From Octopus vulgaris (taxonomy: Eukaryota), in NCBI GenBank assembly GCA_951406725.2, contig OX597814.1, positions 24,676,001-24,740,000 of the forward strand: DNA of 64,000 nt, in the 5' to 3' direction. Positions 24,701-37,970 of this stretch are shown in pieces (the first letter of the stretch is position 1; every line of letters starts with the position of its first letter). Below the pieces are notes generated by a model, which worked only from the letters and a program-made list of their open reading frames with translations, searched no databases and was not told the origin of the DNA. Made by a program: the position numbers and the translations under genes.

Positions 24701-27383
24701 CAGTCATTCAGGTTAAATTTGTGCTGTATTTCTGTGTCCCACTTCTCTAAATTTTGTTCTACAAAGCACATAACATTACAAAAACGAAGAGGTTATAAAC
24801 ATGGTATTACAACTTTGTCAGGGCTACCTACACAACAAGGGAAGGTCTATATCATAATGCAGCACAACAAAATGAATGAGTGCTTACAAGTTATTACAAA
24901 TAAATTAATTTGTATTTACAAATGCAGACAAGTCATATTATTTTACTGTTTATCACTAGCGTATATCCCTTAATATTCTATTTCTCTATACTACCATTAG
25001 GTGCAGTATAATTCTTTCAACAGATGACTGCAACTCACACCCTCACTCGTTCATGGCTGGCTGCCGACTGGATGACGGCAAAAAATAGGTGTTTACCCTA
25101 TACTTGCACTCTGTCCCCAGCTTTGCAAGTTGCCTTCTCCTTTATATTTATTATCACTTATCCTTCTATTACCAAGAATAAGCCTGAACAAGTTTTTAAT
25201 TTAAGAGAAAATTATATAAGAGATAAAAAAATTTTATCTAAAAAAACGACTTTCCAGGTGAAAACTTCAAAATTTCATGGTTGAGGAAGGTCACCTTGCC
25301 TTTGTTCGATTGAGCTAAACTTTTACATAGATTGTTTTTTTCTTAATTTGAACAAGATAGTGGGGTGGGAGCTAAACTTTTAGACAGTTGAAAAATAAGG
25401 GCCACTCTAATGTATATACATATCTATATACATCTATATATATGTGTGTATGTCTGTGTGTGTATGCCTGTGTGTGTGTGTGTATGTGTATACACGTATA
25501 TACGTGCATTCCTGCATACAAGTGTATATGTATGTGAATGTTCATACATGTAAGTGTATGCACAGGCATATGCTGTATTTTTGAGCCCCATTATGGCATA
25601 TCACTTTGCAGCTTGATAAATAAGGATCAATAAAATAAGTAGCTGACAGAAGTAAGTACAGAGTCAATATGAATGCCTAAGCCCTTTAGGTGGTGCCTAG
25701 CAGAATCACAGCCCCTTGACTGAAACCAGTAACAGAGTAAAAGAACTCATCTGAAATCAATAAAAGAAGCATCTGAGGAATTTTCATGGTAAAATGTGAT
25801 TTAGTTCTAAATTATTATCTTCCTATAAAGATGGCTGTAAATCTGCTTGACCAAAGCTAATGCAAGCTGTAACCTTGCAAAACATCTCTTGATAAAACAA
25901 TATTCTTGATAAGACAGAACCAATGATTCACAACAAAACCTAATCTATCTAAGATTTTTCACCATACACATGGAATTAACTCACCATTGTACTTGAAATA
26001 CCATTATAGTTGTAAGAGTCTGAGATTATATTGAGAGGTCAAATGTTTTGAACTTCTTAGTGATTTGATCACTTAATCTGAGATTTAAAAAAAATAATAA
26101 TACTTTCAATTTGTGGTCAGAGTTTTTATTCCTGATAAGTATTCTAAGTGGAACTTTGAATTTGTTCTTAATCTTTGCATCAAGATTCTTCTTTACTCTG
26201 ACCTATCAAAGATTGTGTATGTATGAATACATACACATATATACATATATACACATACATACATACGTACATATGTATGTATGTATGTATTGCTTGGTCA
26301 ATACATACATACATACATACTTGAAAACTTGGTCATATGCGTGCTTGGCAAGCAAATACTTACACTTTGGAACAATAAATTAATTGACCAATCCATCAGG
26401 CTTTCTGCCCCATTGATTGTAACACTTTGACAGTGGAATAAATCCTTCTTAGCAATATTTCAATTGACATTCTCTGTGTGCAAATAAATGATCAATGCCT
26501 ACTTTAACAGATCAACATTAGAGTTATATAATCTATAAGCCAATAACATGAATGATTCAATAATATCTGAAATAAAAGTGTGTTCTCCTTCCAAGTAATG
26601 GCAGTATGGTTAAACAGCTTTATTGAAAATTGTTTTTCTGCAAGCTTTGCTGCTAATTCAGAGCAATGGGAATCATACAAATTTCTGTTGAGGTTTTATG
26701 CATATATAAAATGAAGAATTTATCACATGTTGTGCTTAGAGTAGAAATAGGCTATCAAAATGGCTGCTAAATTAGGATGCTCATGATGTTAACTCAAGCA
26801 AGCTGCAACATGGTGTAAACTATACTCAGAAGAAAACTTTATGATTACATTATGCCATCAGTCATATCAGCCAAGGGAGCTTCCTTCAACCTGAATATAT
26901 TAACACTAAAAAATGGTTTCTTTTAAAATGACCAATAAATAACAACATTAATATATTTGCATTTGTGTGTATGTGTGTAAGTGTATGTGTATGAATGTGC
27001 ATGTGAGTGAGAAGGAGAGGGAGAGAGATAAAAATAAAGTGAGATCGGGAGAGAACAAGAAGAGATAGAAATAGTTGAAGAGAGAGAGAGAGAGAGAGAT
27101 GGTATTTATATGTTTTTCTTAATATATCCACTCATCTGCATTTCATATTTTATAGAATTAGCTACGTTTATGTTTTTCTTTGTGTACATAAACAAAAAGA
27201 GACAATATAAGAAAGAAAAGACAGATAAGAGGTAGACTGAAGGAAACAGAGAGAAAGAAAATATTAATATCTAACACCATGTAATAAATATATAGAAGTT
27301 TTATTTGTAATTTCTTACACTTATTACAGTTATATTTTTATTAATACATTGAAAAATTAATAAATATATTGAGAAAACATTAA

Positions 27384-27551
27384 CCATTTCATTACCAACA
27401 TGTTTGAGACTGCCTTTGGTTCTATAATACAAAACCATTCGTTTTAAAGTATTCATTTTAAATTGAAACATTCCATCATAATGTTATATATATTAAAATA
27501 TTAATATAATCTACCATAAAGATTTGTATGTATGCGAGAAGGGAGAGAAAG

Positions 27552-27587
<36 letters not shown>

Positions 27588-27739
27588 GGGTGAGACAAAG
27601 CTAGAGAGCTGATGTTAATGTGTAAAAATTGTTATTAGTTTTTATATTTAAGTTACTTATCTTGCTAAACCCCATGAAATATTTTCAAAATTAATTAAAG
27701 TACAGGCTGATCAAATTTAGGAAAAATATTACAAAAGGG
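27384..27739. mobile_element. Possible piggyBac-type MITE
   Basis: TTAA|ccatttcattacc ... tattacaaaaggg|TTAA termini; degraded. Confidence 0.4.
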
Positions 27740-28407
27740 TTAAGCATTGTTGGAACATTATTCACAAGAGCAGATAGTGATCTAATAGCTTTACTATATG
27801 AGTGTATAGACATTGACTAGTATTTAAAGATATAGATACACACACACACACACACACTCAGATATGTATGTATGTATATATCTATGTATGTATGAATATG
27901 TATAAATATATTTGTGATTTATGTGCAAAAATAATGTCCATTCAGTTTTGGGTATGATTCTTGCAGGCGGTCCTGTTGGTTCATTGACCAAAGTAACACC
28001 AAGAGCATATTTTTCATCTAGAGTTCAACAAGATGTTTTGAATTGCTAATACTTGATAAATGATCTTCCTGTACAGTATAACTTACTCATTGGTTATAAT
28101 AATAATGACTGTATTGTATAATGTAGTATTCAGATCTACTACATCTGATTGTATGAACGTAATACTGATTTTCTATTTATCTATTGAAAGTAGATATGTT
28201 TAGAGATATCTACTTTCTGTTAATAGCAAGAGACAAAATATATATATATATATATATAACTACATAAAAATGGGTGAGTGGAATAGTGTAACATGGAATG
28301 AAGTGCATTGCTCAAAGATAGGATGCACTACCAAGTTCCAAAATCAAACCAATAATTTTATGATTGAGAAACAGCTGCCATAACTACTAGCTCATGCACC
28401 TTCATAC

Positions 28408-28452
<45 letters not shown>

Positions 28453-28454
<2 letters not shown>

Positions 28455-28582
28455 GGAGCAAGCACATAAATGTAAAACAAGGTGGGAAAAAGATTACTCA
28501 AATACCAGAGGTAGAGTAATATGCTTTATTTAAAAACATTAGGGCCAGGTCTTTTGTTATATTTCTGCTGCTTTTAAATTAA

Positions 28583-28590
<8 letters not shown>
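28453..28590. repeat. Rearranged repeat fragment between (TA)n tracts
   Basis: Internal inverted repeat atatgctttatttaaaa / ttttaaattaagcatat, with a 21-bp copy of 29005-29025 at the junction. Confidence 0.55.
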
Positions 28591-28629
<39 letters not shown>

Positions 28630-29301
28630 GTTTTCAACTAGCAATAACTGCACCTCAGATTATCTTCATTGACTATGATATATATATTAGAGTATCCTAA
28701 ATCAGAATAAAGACATATTGCTATAAATCATTCATGGACGTAGGTATGGTTGCATGCTTAACAACTTCACTTTGTAACAACGTGGTTTTGGGTTCAATCC
28801 TACAGTGCAGTATCTAGAACAATTGTATTCTTTTTTTATAATATTGGCTTGATCAAAACCTTGAAAGTGAAATCAGGAATACAAAGTTTTGTGGAAGCTC
28901 ACATGAAGGACAGGCTTTGCTTTTGGATAGTAGACTTAGTCTATCATCTATCGGAACACCTCCACTTGACACCAAGATAACTTTAGTAAAATCTATTCCA
29001 TTGTAAACATTAGGGCCAGGTCTTTGTCTCAGAATAACTTCATCTATTCCTCCTAATAGTATCAGAACCTCTCCAAACAAAAAAAAAAAAAAAAAAAGAA
29101 AGCCATGGATAATGCTTCTCATTCACGTGCTAAACATAATTGTTTTGTTTTTTAAATAACCAAATAGCTATCAGATCATCTATGGTAGATAAAAGAAGAA
29201 AAACAACAGGCCACCATTTTAAATGCATTAAGCTAATTTCCCCACGTTATTATAGATTTGTATAACCTAAATTATTTAGTTACCTGCATTTTTATATTAA
29301 A

Positions 29302-29699
29302 CTAGCAGTATCGCCCGGCGTTGCTCAGGTTTGTAAGGGAAATAACTATATTAGCATTTTTAGAGAGTTATAGCCAAAAAATAGCAAAAAAAATGCATTA
29401 AAAATGGAAAAAAATTATGGTAATTTTTTTTTAAATCGTTGACTCATCGTAGACATTTTTAGAGAGTTACTTCCTTTATATAATAGCGAAAAAAATGCAT
29501 TAAAATGGAAAAAAATGATGGTAAATTTTTTTTTAAATCGTAGACTCATCGTAGCCACGCGCTAATACCCAGAAGGGCTCGATATAAATCACGACTATAA
29601 GATACCCGGTTTTGGTTAAACTGCACCGCAAAATGTGGGAGTAGTTAGGAATCTAAATCGTAGGAGACAGACACACAACTTGACTTTTATATATAAAGA
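29302..29699 (-). mobile_element. Non-autonomous Helitron
   Basis: Minus strand starts A|TC (tctttatatataaaag) and ends CTAG|T; subterminal hairpin cccggcgttgctcagg; no TSD; internal ~110-bp tandem duplication. Confidence 0.8.
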
Positions 29700-29792
29700 T
29701 GTTCAGGAAGAATTTAAAGTTGCATTCAATGCTAATAGCTTGGTTTGACAGCTGCAATGAATATATATGTACAATCATATACATGTTCTATA

Positions 29793-30180
29793 GTAGTAGG
29801 AGCACTCCATCGTTTACGACGATGAGGGTCCCAGCTGATACGATCAACAGAACAGCTTGCTCGTGGAATTAATGTGCAAGTGGCTGAGCATTCCACAGAC
29901 ACGTGTACCCTTAACGTAGTTCTCGAGGAGATTCAGCATGACACAGAGTGTGACAAGGCTGGCCCTTTGAAATACAGGTACATTAGAAACAGGAAGAAAG
30001 AGTGAGAGAAAGTTGTGGTGAAAGAGTACTGCAGGGTTCACCACCACCCCCTGCAGGAGCCTTGTGGAGCTTTAGGCGTTTTCGCTCAATAAACACTCAC
30101 AATGCCCGGTCTGTGAATCGAAACCGCGAACCTACGACCGCGAGTCCGCTGCCCTAACCACTGGGCCATTGCGCCTCCAC
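29793..30180 (-). mobile_element. tRNA(Arg-like)-headed SINE family C, young copy
   Basis: Head ggaggcgcaatggcccagtggttagggcagcggactcgcgg...gtttcgattc; exact 12-bp TSD acatgttctata (29781-92, 30181-92); CpGs retained. Confidence 0.9.
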
Positions 30181-31021
30181 ACATGTTCTATACACTAGTT
30201 CTGAAAAGTAGAACATTATATACGTTATCACCATCTTAAATTTGCATTGGAAATATTGGTCTGTTTTTAGGAAGAGAATGAGTTAACTGAATTGAACCTC
30301 AGTATATTACAAGTACTTATTTTACTACTCATGATGAATTGATACTCACTTAGAATTCTCGCCAGTTTCATGACCATTACTGAGCTGTTTGTACCTTCTG
30401 TTTATTAAAGTTTTTGCTTCTTTGACCTTGTATGATTCTACCAAATCACTACCATCATCATTGCTGTCATCATCATCTTTGGCATCATAGTAATTTTACA
30501 TTCTCTTTTCATGCTTAGGTTGAAGTAATAGTTTTATTATTGCAAACACTTGGTAATGTCTAATTTCCAACAAAACATATCAAAATATTTTACTTTATCT
30601 TTATCACAATATAACTTCCTCTCTACTCTATTCCAACAAAGCATTAACAATACTAACCATGTGTGATCTATGATAAAATCATAGACTCCAAAAAAAGACT
30701 TCATGCAGTAAGAACAGTTCAAAGCAGTCTCAGGCAGATCAGTAACAAATTGATTAATGTTTTCTCAATATATTTATTAATATTTCAACGTATAAATAAA
30801 TATATAACTGCAACTGGAACTAAAAAGAACCTTGTTGAACCCTGCCTAGGTCAAAACTACTCTTTCTGAACAATGAAGCAACACTTTTAGTATAATATAT
30901 CTAATACAGCATTAAATCATCTTAGTGAAATGTAAAAACTTCCTAGTTTTGGGAGGAATATCAAGTACTAAAATGTCATTAGCATTAATTTAGGAAAATT
31001 TTTACTGCCATTTAAAATGAT

Positions 31022-31313
31022 TTTCTTCTTCTTAATCTTTTTTGCCCCTTGTAGAGCATAGGGTTGGTTTCCCAGTTTCCTTGGTGTATAGGTTCCCCAC
31101 CTGGATGGGATACCAGTCCATCGCAGGTGAGCTGCAAGATACAGGAGGAAAGAGTGAGAGAAAGTTGTGGTGAAAGAGTCAGGAGATGTTTGCCATCACC
31201 TTCTGCTGGAGGTGTTTTGCTCATAAACACACACATTGCCCAGTCTGAGATTTGAAACCGCAATCCCTCGACGACGAATCCACTGCTCTAACCACTAGGC
31301 CATGTGCCCCCAC
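31022..31313 (-). mobile_element. SINE with a family C head and a different 3' tail
   Basis: Head and body homologous to ~29990-30180; distinct tail ending in (AAG)n; TSD atttaaaatgat / atttaaaaggat. Confidence 0.8.
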
Positions 31314-31527
31314 AATTTAAAAGGATACTACTTCCTTTATTATTCAAATTATACTTGCTAACTTTATATTATAACATGCTGGAGCACCACCTTGAAGGAT
31401 TTTAGTTGAATGAATTTATCCCAGTACTTATTTTTTCATAAGCCAAGTGCTTGGCAAATGTGTGCATGTGTGTGTGTGTGTGTGCATGCATGTGTGTGTG
31501 TGTACATCTGGTATACACACATGCACA

Positions 31528-31750
31528 CATTTGCTGGCCTTGCTTTCTGGCAGCATCCAAATCTCCACAAAGGCCCACCAGACACCAAAACACTATCTGC
31601 TTCCTGTGTAGCCACACAGTCCAAAAACGTCTCCTTTCTAATGCATCTGGTATTGTTGAAATGCTAATCTCACTTTTAACTTGGCCATGTGACCTGCTTT
31701 GACCAATGGCATTGCATTTTCCAGTAGCTGTCTTGAACTTCTTGTGTTTC

Positions 31751-31753
<3 letters not shown>
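31528..31753 (-). pseudogene. Old RTE-like ORF2 C-terminal fragment
   Basis: Peptide ISTIPDALERRRF.. resembles the RTE 'ISxxIRxRRLRFAGH' region. Confidence 0.4.
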
Positions 31754-31798
<45 letters not shown>

Positions 31799-31850
31799 AA
31801 CATATCTATGCATGGTATGTATGCAAGTATGTATGTATTTACATGTGTCT

Positions 31851-32170
31851 GTCAGGTCATTTGTGTAGTCTTTTGTATTCAACTGGTGACATAGAATGTA
31901 GTAAAACTTGCTGCATGATCAGGTCATCAGTTTCTAAACCCGCACAACCAATAGGCAAGCCTGGTAGGAAGAGTTCCTAGAAACCCGGCAGAACTTAAAA
32001 CAAGACCTGTCAAAAGGACAGATGAACCTGGTATAAGCTCAACTACAGTCTAGCACAAACATTCAGAAATTTTGGCTTGGTGTCTAGCACACAAGAAGAC
32101 CTTTGAGAGTGAGGCATCCCTCACCTTTTGTTAAAGCATGTCTCTTGGAGATGGTCACTCTGATATAAAA
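31851..32170 (+). mobile_element. Family D diverged copy
   Basis: gtcaggtca..., caagcctggtaggaagag, aaaacaagacctgtcaaa similar to 8003-8360. Confidence 0.6.
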
Positions 32171-32405
32171 GCTGATATGCATGGAATAACACTGGACATT
32201 TTTGAGATCTTTTGCTTGTGCTTGAGGTGATGTCACTCTCAGTTTCCCAAGCTTGTGAACCATATTGACACTAGATATCTTGTCTCAGCTTGTTTCTAGT
32301 GGGTTGAAAGCGACTATGAGGTCCTGTGTAAGACCTAAAATTTTGCACAAGCATTGCAGTATCAGTGATGGTCAAACTCATTTATGAGTTGATAGCCACC
32401 ATGTA

Positions 32406-32473
<68 letters not shown>

Positions 32474-32606
32474 AAGCAAATAAGTAAGAAGGATGTCCAG
32501 GTATTCACCTAACTTCAAGCTGCATGAGCTTTACTGAACTAGCTTGGTGCCTCAGTCTAAGTACAGAATTCAACTGAATCTTAATCATTTATATATACAT
32601 ACATAC

Positions 32607-32659
<53 letters not shown>

Positions 32660-32678
32660 ATATGCATATATATATATG

Positions 32679-32721
<43 letters not shown>

Positions 32722-33637
32722 CATGTACTGCTCCTGTATTGGTGGGATCAACAAATAAAGTACTTGATCCAATGAGAGATAGATATATGATATACGCAGG
32801 ATTTAAATTAGAACTGCTATTAGTTTCATGCTATCCAAACATAATTGTCAGACAAATTGGTATAGCATGCCATGTGTTTCCAAGCACTCGTTTAGTTTCA
32901 AACATATAACAGGGTTGATCACTTTTGAAAAAAGTAACTGTTTTATTCTTGCTTACATATTTTTAAAGTAGTATCTCGATCAACCTAGTTCAAAATAATT
33001 TGTAAAATAGTTTTACTTTTATGATATTGTCTATCTTTCATTGGCTTACAGTTGCATAATATATGATTATTATATCAAATTATATTTTGTAATATTTTGT
33101 ATACCAGTTTTAAAAGTTAGAAAGTAAACATACTAATCAATAAATTATGATGCATTTTTATATGCATTTAGAAAATATAAAGTTAAAAGAAGAGCTTAAA
33201 AACCAATTGTTGTTCTTTAAAACAAAATGCTGGTGTATTGATTTTGTGGATATGTAGTTTTATGGTTTTTACTTCAGTTAATACGTTGCAATATTTTAAT
33301 CTATGAAACCCATCTTTAGAGATGAAAGATTTTTCAATATTTACATATACATTACCTACAAATCACTTTGATCTCTGACCAAAGTGATTGATAAGCACTG
33401 TTTTCCTAAGCATTTACACTGTATTCCTAAACTGGATTTGAATGAGAATATTTTTTATTTCTAACCTAAAACTTCTTTCTATGTTTTATTTTGTGGTTGA
33501 GAAAACAAAGATATTCAAATTATCTAAGGTTAGTGGGATAATATTTTGTACAAATAACTTTACAGTATGTTTTGCTTAGATGTATGAAGCAACAGAATAT
33601 CTTCTCGTTAAGTAGATCATATATCACTTGGCATATA

Positions 33638-33853
33638 TGAGGAGGTGCTAAAAAGTTCCTAGCTTTAAGGGTATCATGAAAGGTCTGGTTGGAGGCCCAA
33701 CCTTCCAAGTTCTTTTACAGGGCTTAGAAAAACTGGATAACTGCTGCAATAAGTGTGTGAATCTAAGAGGGAAATATATTGAGTAAAATCATAAATAACT
33801 GGTCCTTCTATATTTTGTTTTACCCAAAGCCAGGAACTTTTCAGCACTCCTCA
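33638..33853 (+). mobile_element. Mariner-derived internally deleted MITE
   Basis: TIRs tgaggaggtgctaaaaagttcctagcttt / aaagccaggaacttttcagcactcctca with TA flanks; interior encodes the mariner C-terminus GLEKLDNCCNKCVNLRGKYIE*. Confidence 0.85.
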
Positions 33854-36375
33854 TAACTGCACACACTTAGTTCTGTTGAAGATTGTTTCATGCTTACAGA
33901 TCTCATACTGTGGGAATCAAAGCCTTGCCTAGCCTATATTCTCCATTCACTGTCTTTTCAACTAATTACTATAATAATCTCTGCATCTTGACACTGATTG
34001 GTTTCATGCCACCTCTCCTTAGAAACCCTTGATTTAGATCTCTCTCCTCTTTTCACTACTCATCTTGTCTCTATCACCACAGGCTCTACATGAACCACTG
34101 TGTTCAACTTTCCCTTCCCAGAATGTTAGCTATTCAGACTTCCCACTCTGCATATGTATGTTTTTTCTGCAGTTGTTGACTTACAAGTTTAAGTTGTACA
34201 TAAGTGGCATTTGTCTCTTGGTTTCAGAGAGCTAGCAAAAGCCATGGAGCACTGCTTTTCCCTCCAGACCCAGTTAAAAAAGAGAAAAAATTGCAGAGTT
34301 GACATATTACTGGGATCTTTAGAAAAAATAATAAAATAAAAATAAAGAATGAGAAAAGATAAATTTAACCTTGTAAAACTAACAACACACTCAATAATTA
34401 TATAGTACGTTAACTTCCTATCTCAGTAAGTTGCATTTACATATGGTATCGACCCTTTGGCTAATAGTTTCACACCTTGTTGACTTGACCAGTTGTGAAT
34501 CTTGTATAAAATGGATAAAGAAAAAGTGATTTTTGAGTCTCAGAGTTTAGGAATGCAGGATTAAATTCTTATAATCTTTCATATTGCTAAAGGTTTTTGA
34601 CTTATTGGTAACAGTAATTTATAGAAAGTTTATAAAAGTAGTTCGCCAATAAATCTAATCCTGAAGATGATATAAAGGTAAAGATAAGGTTTCCATTGAC
34701 TAAAATGACAAGATTATAATGCAGAATGAATTGAATTATCAACATCCAGGATGAATGCCATTGGGCAAGATTATAGCAAGAAACCAAAACTTAAATTTAT
34801 ATCTAATTCTTTACTTAATTTCAATAGAAACCCGGAGGCATCATTTTCATGAATGCCTAACTTGTATTTATTTAGCAACAGACATAATCTATGCACTGAA
34901 TAGTTTAGTGGCAAATCCTCTCTAAATTCCATTACATTTGCTTGACACTCTAATTCCTCTGTCGTTGGAATATCAAATTTCTACACTGAGAAATGATATT
35001 TAAAAGACCAAAGAAACTGCTGCGAGTAGCTTTGGAAAGTTCTCTGCCAACTATTCTATCTAAAATAACAACAATGCATTATATAGTCAAATATTTAATC
35101 CTGTCTCTTTTTCTATGTATTAGTGTTAGAAGTCTCTGGAAAAAAGATGGTTAATTGGCAGAGTCATCAGAGCATTGGATAGAATGGCTTGCAGTATTTA
35201 TGCTAGATATCTGTGCTTTGAGTTAAAATCCTATTGAGGTCAACTTTGCTTTTGTTGTTATGGGGTTTGATAAATAAAGTATCAGTATAGTGTGATGATT
35301 TATGTAGATTTTCTCTTTCACTCTTCTATCTCTCTCTCTCTCTCATACAAACTCTTTCACTATCTGCTTGTTTCTCATTTGGAATTGGCTGAGTATCAGT
35401 AAGAAAATGTCACTGGGGATCACTCATAAGGTTCTTTTTCCTAAAAAGAGAGTTCATGTGAATAAAGTGCTTGCATTTTTTCCCAAAGTAAACCTGATGT
35501 ACGACTGAAATTGTTCAAGGAAAGCTCTACAAAAGGGAAATTAAGAATTAAGATGAAGAATTAGTGCTCATCACCAGTAAAGAACTTTAGATGTAGAATA
35601 CCTACATATCCTCAGACACACGCACATTAATGAAAAAAACAAAAAAAATGTTTGAGAATCTTATCATTGATAAGCCTAAGTAAATTATTACATTTTTATC
35701 AAAATATGCTACCAGCTTCAATTACTTTATAAAGACAATTTAGTCATACTGAAACAAAAGTAAAAACACACTGAAATGAAGTAAATTAAATTAATCTTTC
35801 ATAATGTCACTTTTGCAAGTTTACATGTTTTTCTTACAAAAATCACATGGTGCTGATGAGTTGTTCCCTTCTGATTATTACTGAGTCAGGGTTTCTCAAC
35901 AGCAGTAGCTGGAGTGTCTCTCAGTCGAAGCAGCAGCAGCAACAGGAATGTATCAGTTGTACTTTTTTGTCAATCAAACTAGCAGTGTTTGTTGTTATAG
36001 TAATTTTAGCAAAGATTGCAGCAGGGTTTGTGAGAGTTGTCTATCATTCTCTTCCACAGGTATTTAAATGTGTTTTACATTTGGTTATGGGGGTTGTTTA
36101 TTTGATGTACTTTTGCTGAATCGTGCAATCATTAAATTGACATAAAGGGATAATTGGGAAGTTTCGTTGTTATCTGCATACATGTCTATATATTCATCTA
36201 TATATTCATCAAGTCCTATTTATACTTCTTTATTTTAATTTGTGATCTGTTTAATGTCATGCATCATCTTATAGAACCAGAGTTTGATCAACGCAAGAGT
36301 GAAGGATGCCCAATGGCACATGAATTGGGGAAGATAGCAGAATGCAAGAAGAGAGCAGAAAAGATAAGTATATAT

Positions 36376-36425
<50 letters not shown>

Positions 36426-36488
36426 GTATATATTTACTCTATTACTTGTTTCAGCCCAGTCATTAGACTTCTTATCACACAACACCTG

Positions 36489-36530
<42 letters not shown>

Positions 36531-37017
36531 CAAAATCAAAATCAAATTCAATGACTGGCATCCGTGTTAGTGGAGCATTAAGAGTACCATCCAAGCATGA
36601 TTGTTGCCAGAACAACAAACTGGCTTCCCTGCTAGTGGCACATAAAAGCACCATTCAAGCGTGATTGTTACCTGCGTCACCTTACTGGCACTTGTGCTGG
36701 AGGTATGGGAAAAAACATTCGACCGAAGTTGTTGCCAGTGCCACTGAACTGGCGCCTATGCAGGTGGCACATGAAAAGCACCATTTGAGTATGGCCATTG
36801 CCAGTACCGCCTGACTGGCTCTCGTGCCGTTGGCACGTAAAAGCACCCACTACACTCTCGGAGTGGTTGGCATTAGGAAGGGCATCCAGCTGTAGAAACT
36901 CTGCCATATCAGATTGTAGCCTGGTGCAGCTACCTGATTCGCCAGACCTCAGTCAAATTGTCCAACCCATGCTAGCATGGAAAGCAGACGTTAAACAACA
37001 ATGATGATAATAATGAT
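36531..37017 (+). mobile_element. RTE 3'UTR fragment in (TA)n
   Basis: Homologous to 2510-2950 and 11450-11944. Confidence 0.88.
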
Positions 37018-37926
37018 ATATATATATACTCATTCATAAATATGTATATGTGTGTGTATCCACACAGTCACACACATACACATATATGTACGTATATCTA
37101 TTATTATACCTAAGCCAGCTTGAGTATTTTGGGCAGCTTTCTGGTATTATTTTTACCATTTTCTCCTTGTTGCGCTTGTTTGTTGTATGGCCTAATTACT
37201 TCTAATTCTTTAGTGTTGGCAGTTTAGCATTTTCCAAGCAACTTTCACCACAAGCATGAAGACTGGTTTTTAATAGGATTATATTCTTTCTTATCACATG
37301 CCTAAACCAATCCCCATGTTCCAATCTCTCTCTCTCTCCCTCTTTCATTCATTCAGATTTCTTTCTTAAAATCTCTATATATTTCTATCTTATTCATTTA
37401 TTCATTCATTATTTTCTCCTTTCGTTCTTCTATTCTTATTTCTTTCTCTATAAGTCAGTCTGTCTCTCTGTTTATCTGTCACTCACCTTTTCTTCCTTTA
37501 ACCCTTTCTATCCCTCACTCTATCTCTCTCTCTCTCTCTCTCTCACCCTCTTTCTCTCTCACTCCACCTTTCTCTGAGGCATTGTATAGCAATCGTATTT
37601 GAATCAAATTGCATTCAAATTATGTTTTTTCTGGAACTGAAACGTTTGCATGTTGCCAGCTTCTCTGTAAAGGTTAAAGCTGCACAATCTACGGAAACAT
37701 AGTTCATGCTGCATATCCTGTCTGGACTATCTTTAGTTTTACTTGTTGCGTCTTAATAAAACATCATGGAACTATCTGCCAAAGTTTGGTTGCTAATCAT
37801 CTCTGGATCTTTATAAAATCTCCTACAATATCTAAATGCACGGTATAAATATTTCATTGACATAAAATATTCAAAGATATAGATATCTGATATTTGTCTC
37901 TCCACGTCTCTCTCACAACTGCCTTA

Positions 37927-37969
<43 letters not shown>

Positions 37970-37970
<1 letters not shown>

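Larger units (their letters stand above)
22363..25409 (-). mobile_element. hAT-superfamily (hATm-like) DNA transposon, defective, with a nested SINE
   Basis: TIRs TAGAGTGGCCCTTA / TAAGGGCCACTCTA plus subterminal inverted matches (gctcccacc/ggtgggagc); flanks gtgtgtat and atgtatat fit a decayed 8-bp TSD. Confidence 0.85.

Noticed and set aside
30105-30180. tRNA-Arg-like gene
   Set aside because: It is the head of a TSD-flanked SINE; there is no complete acceptor stem
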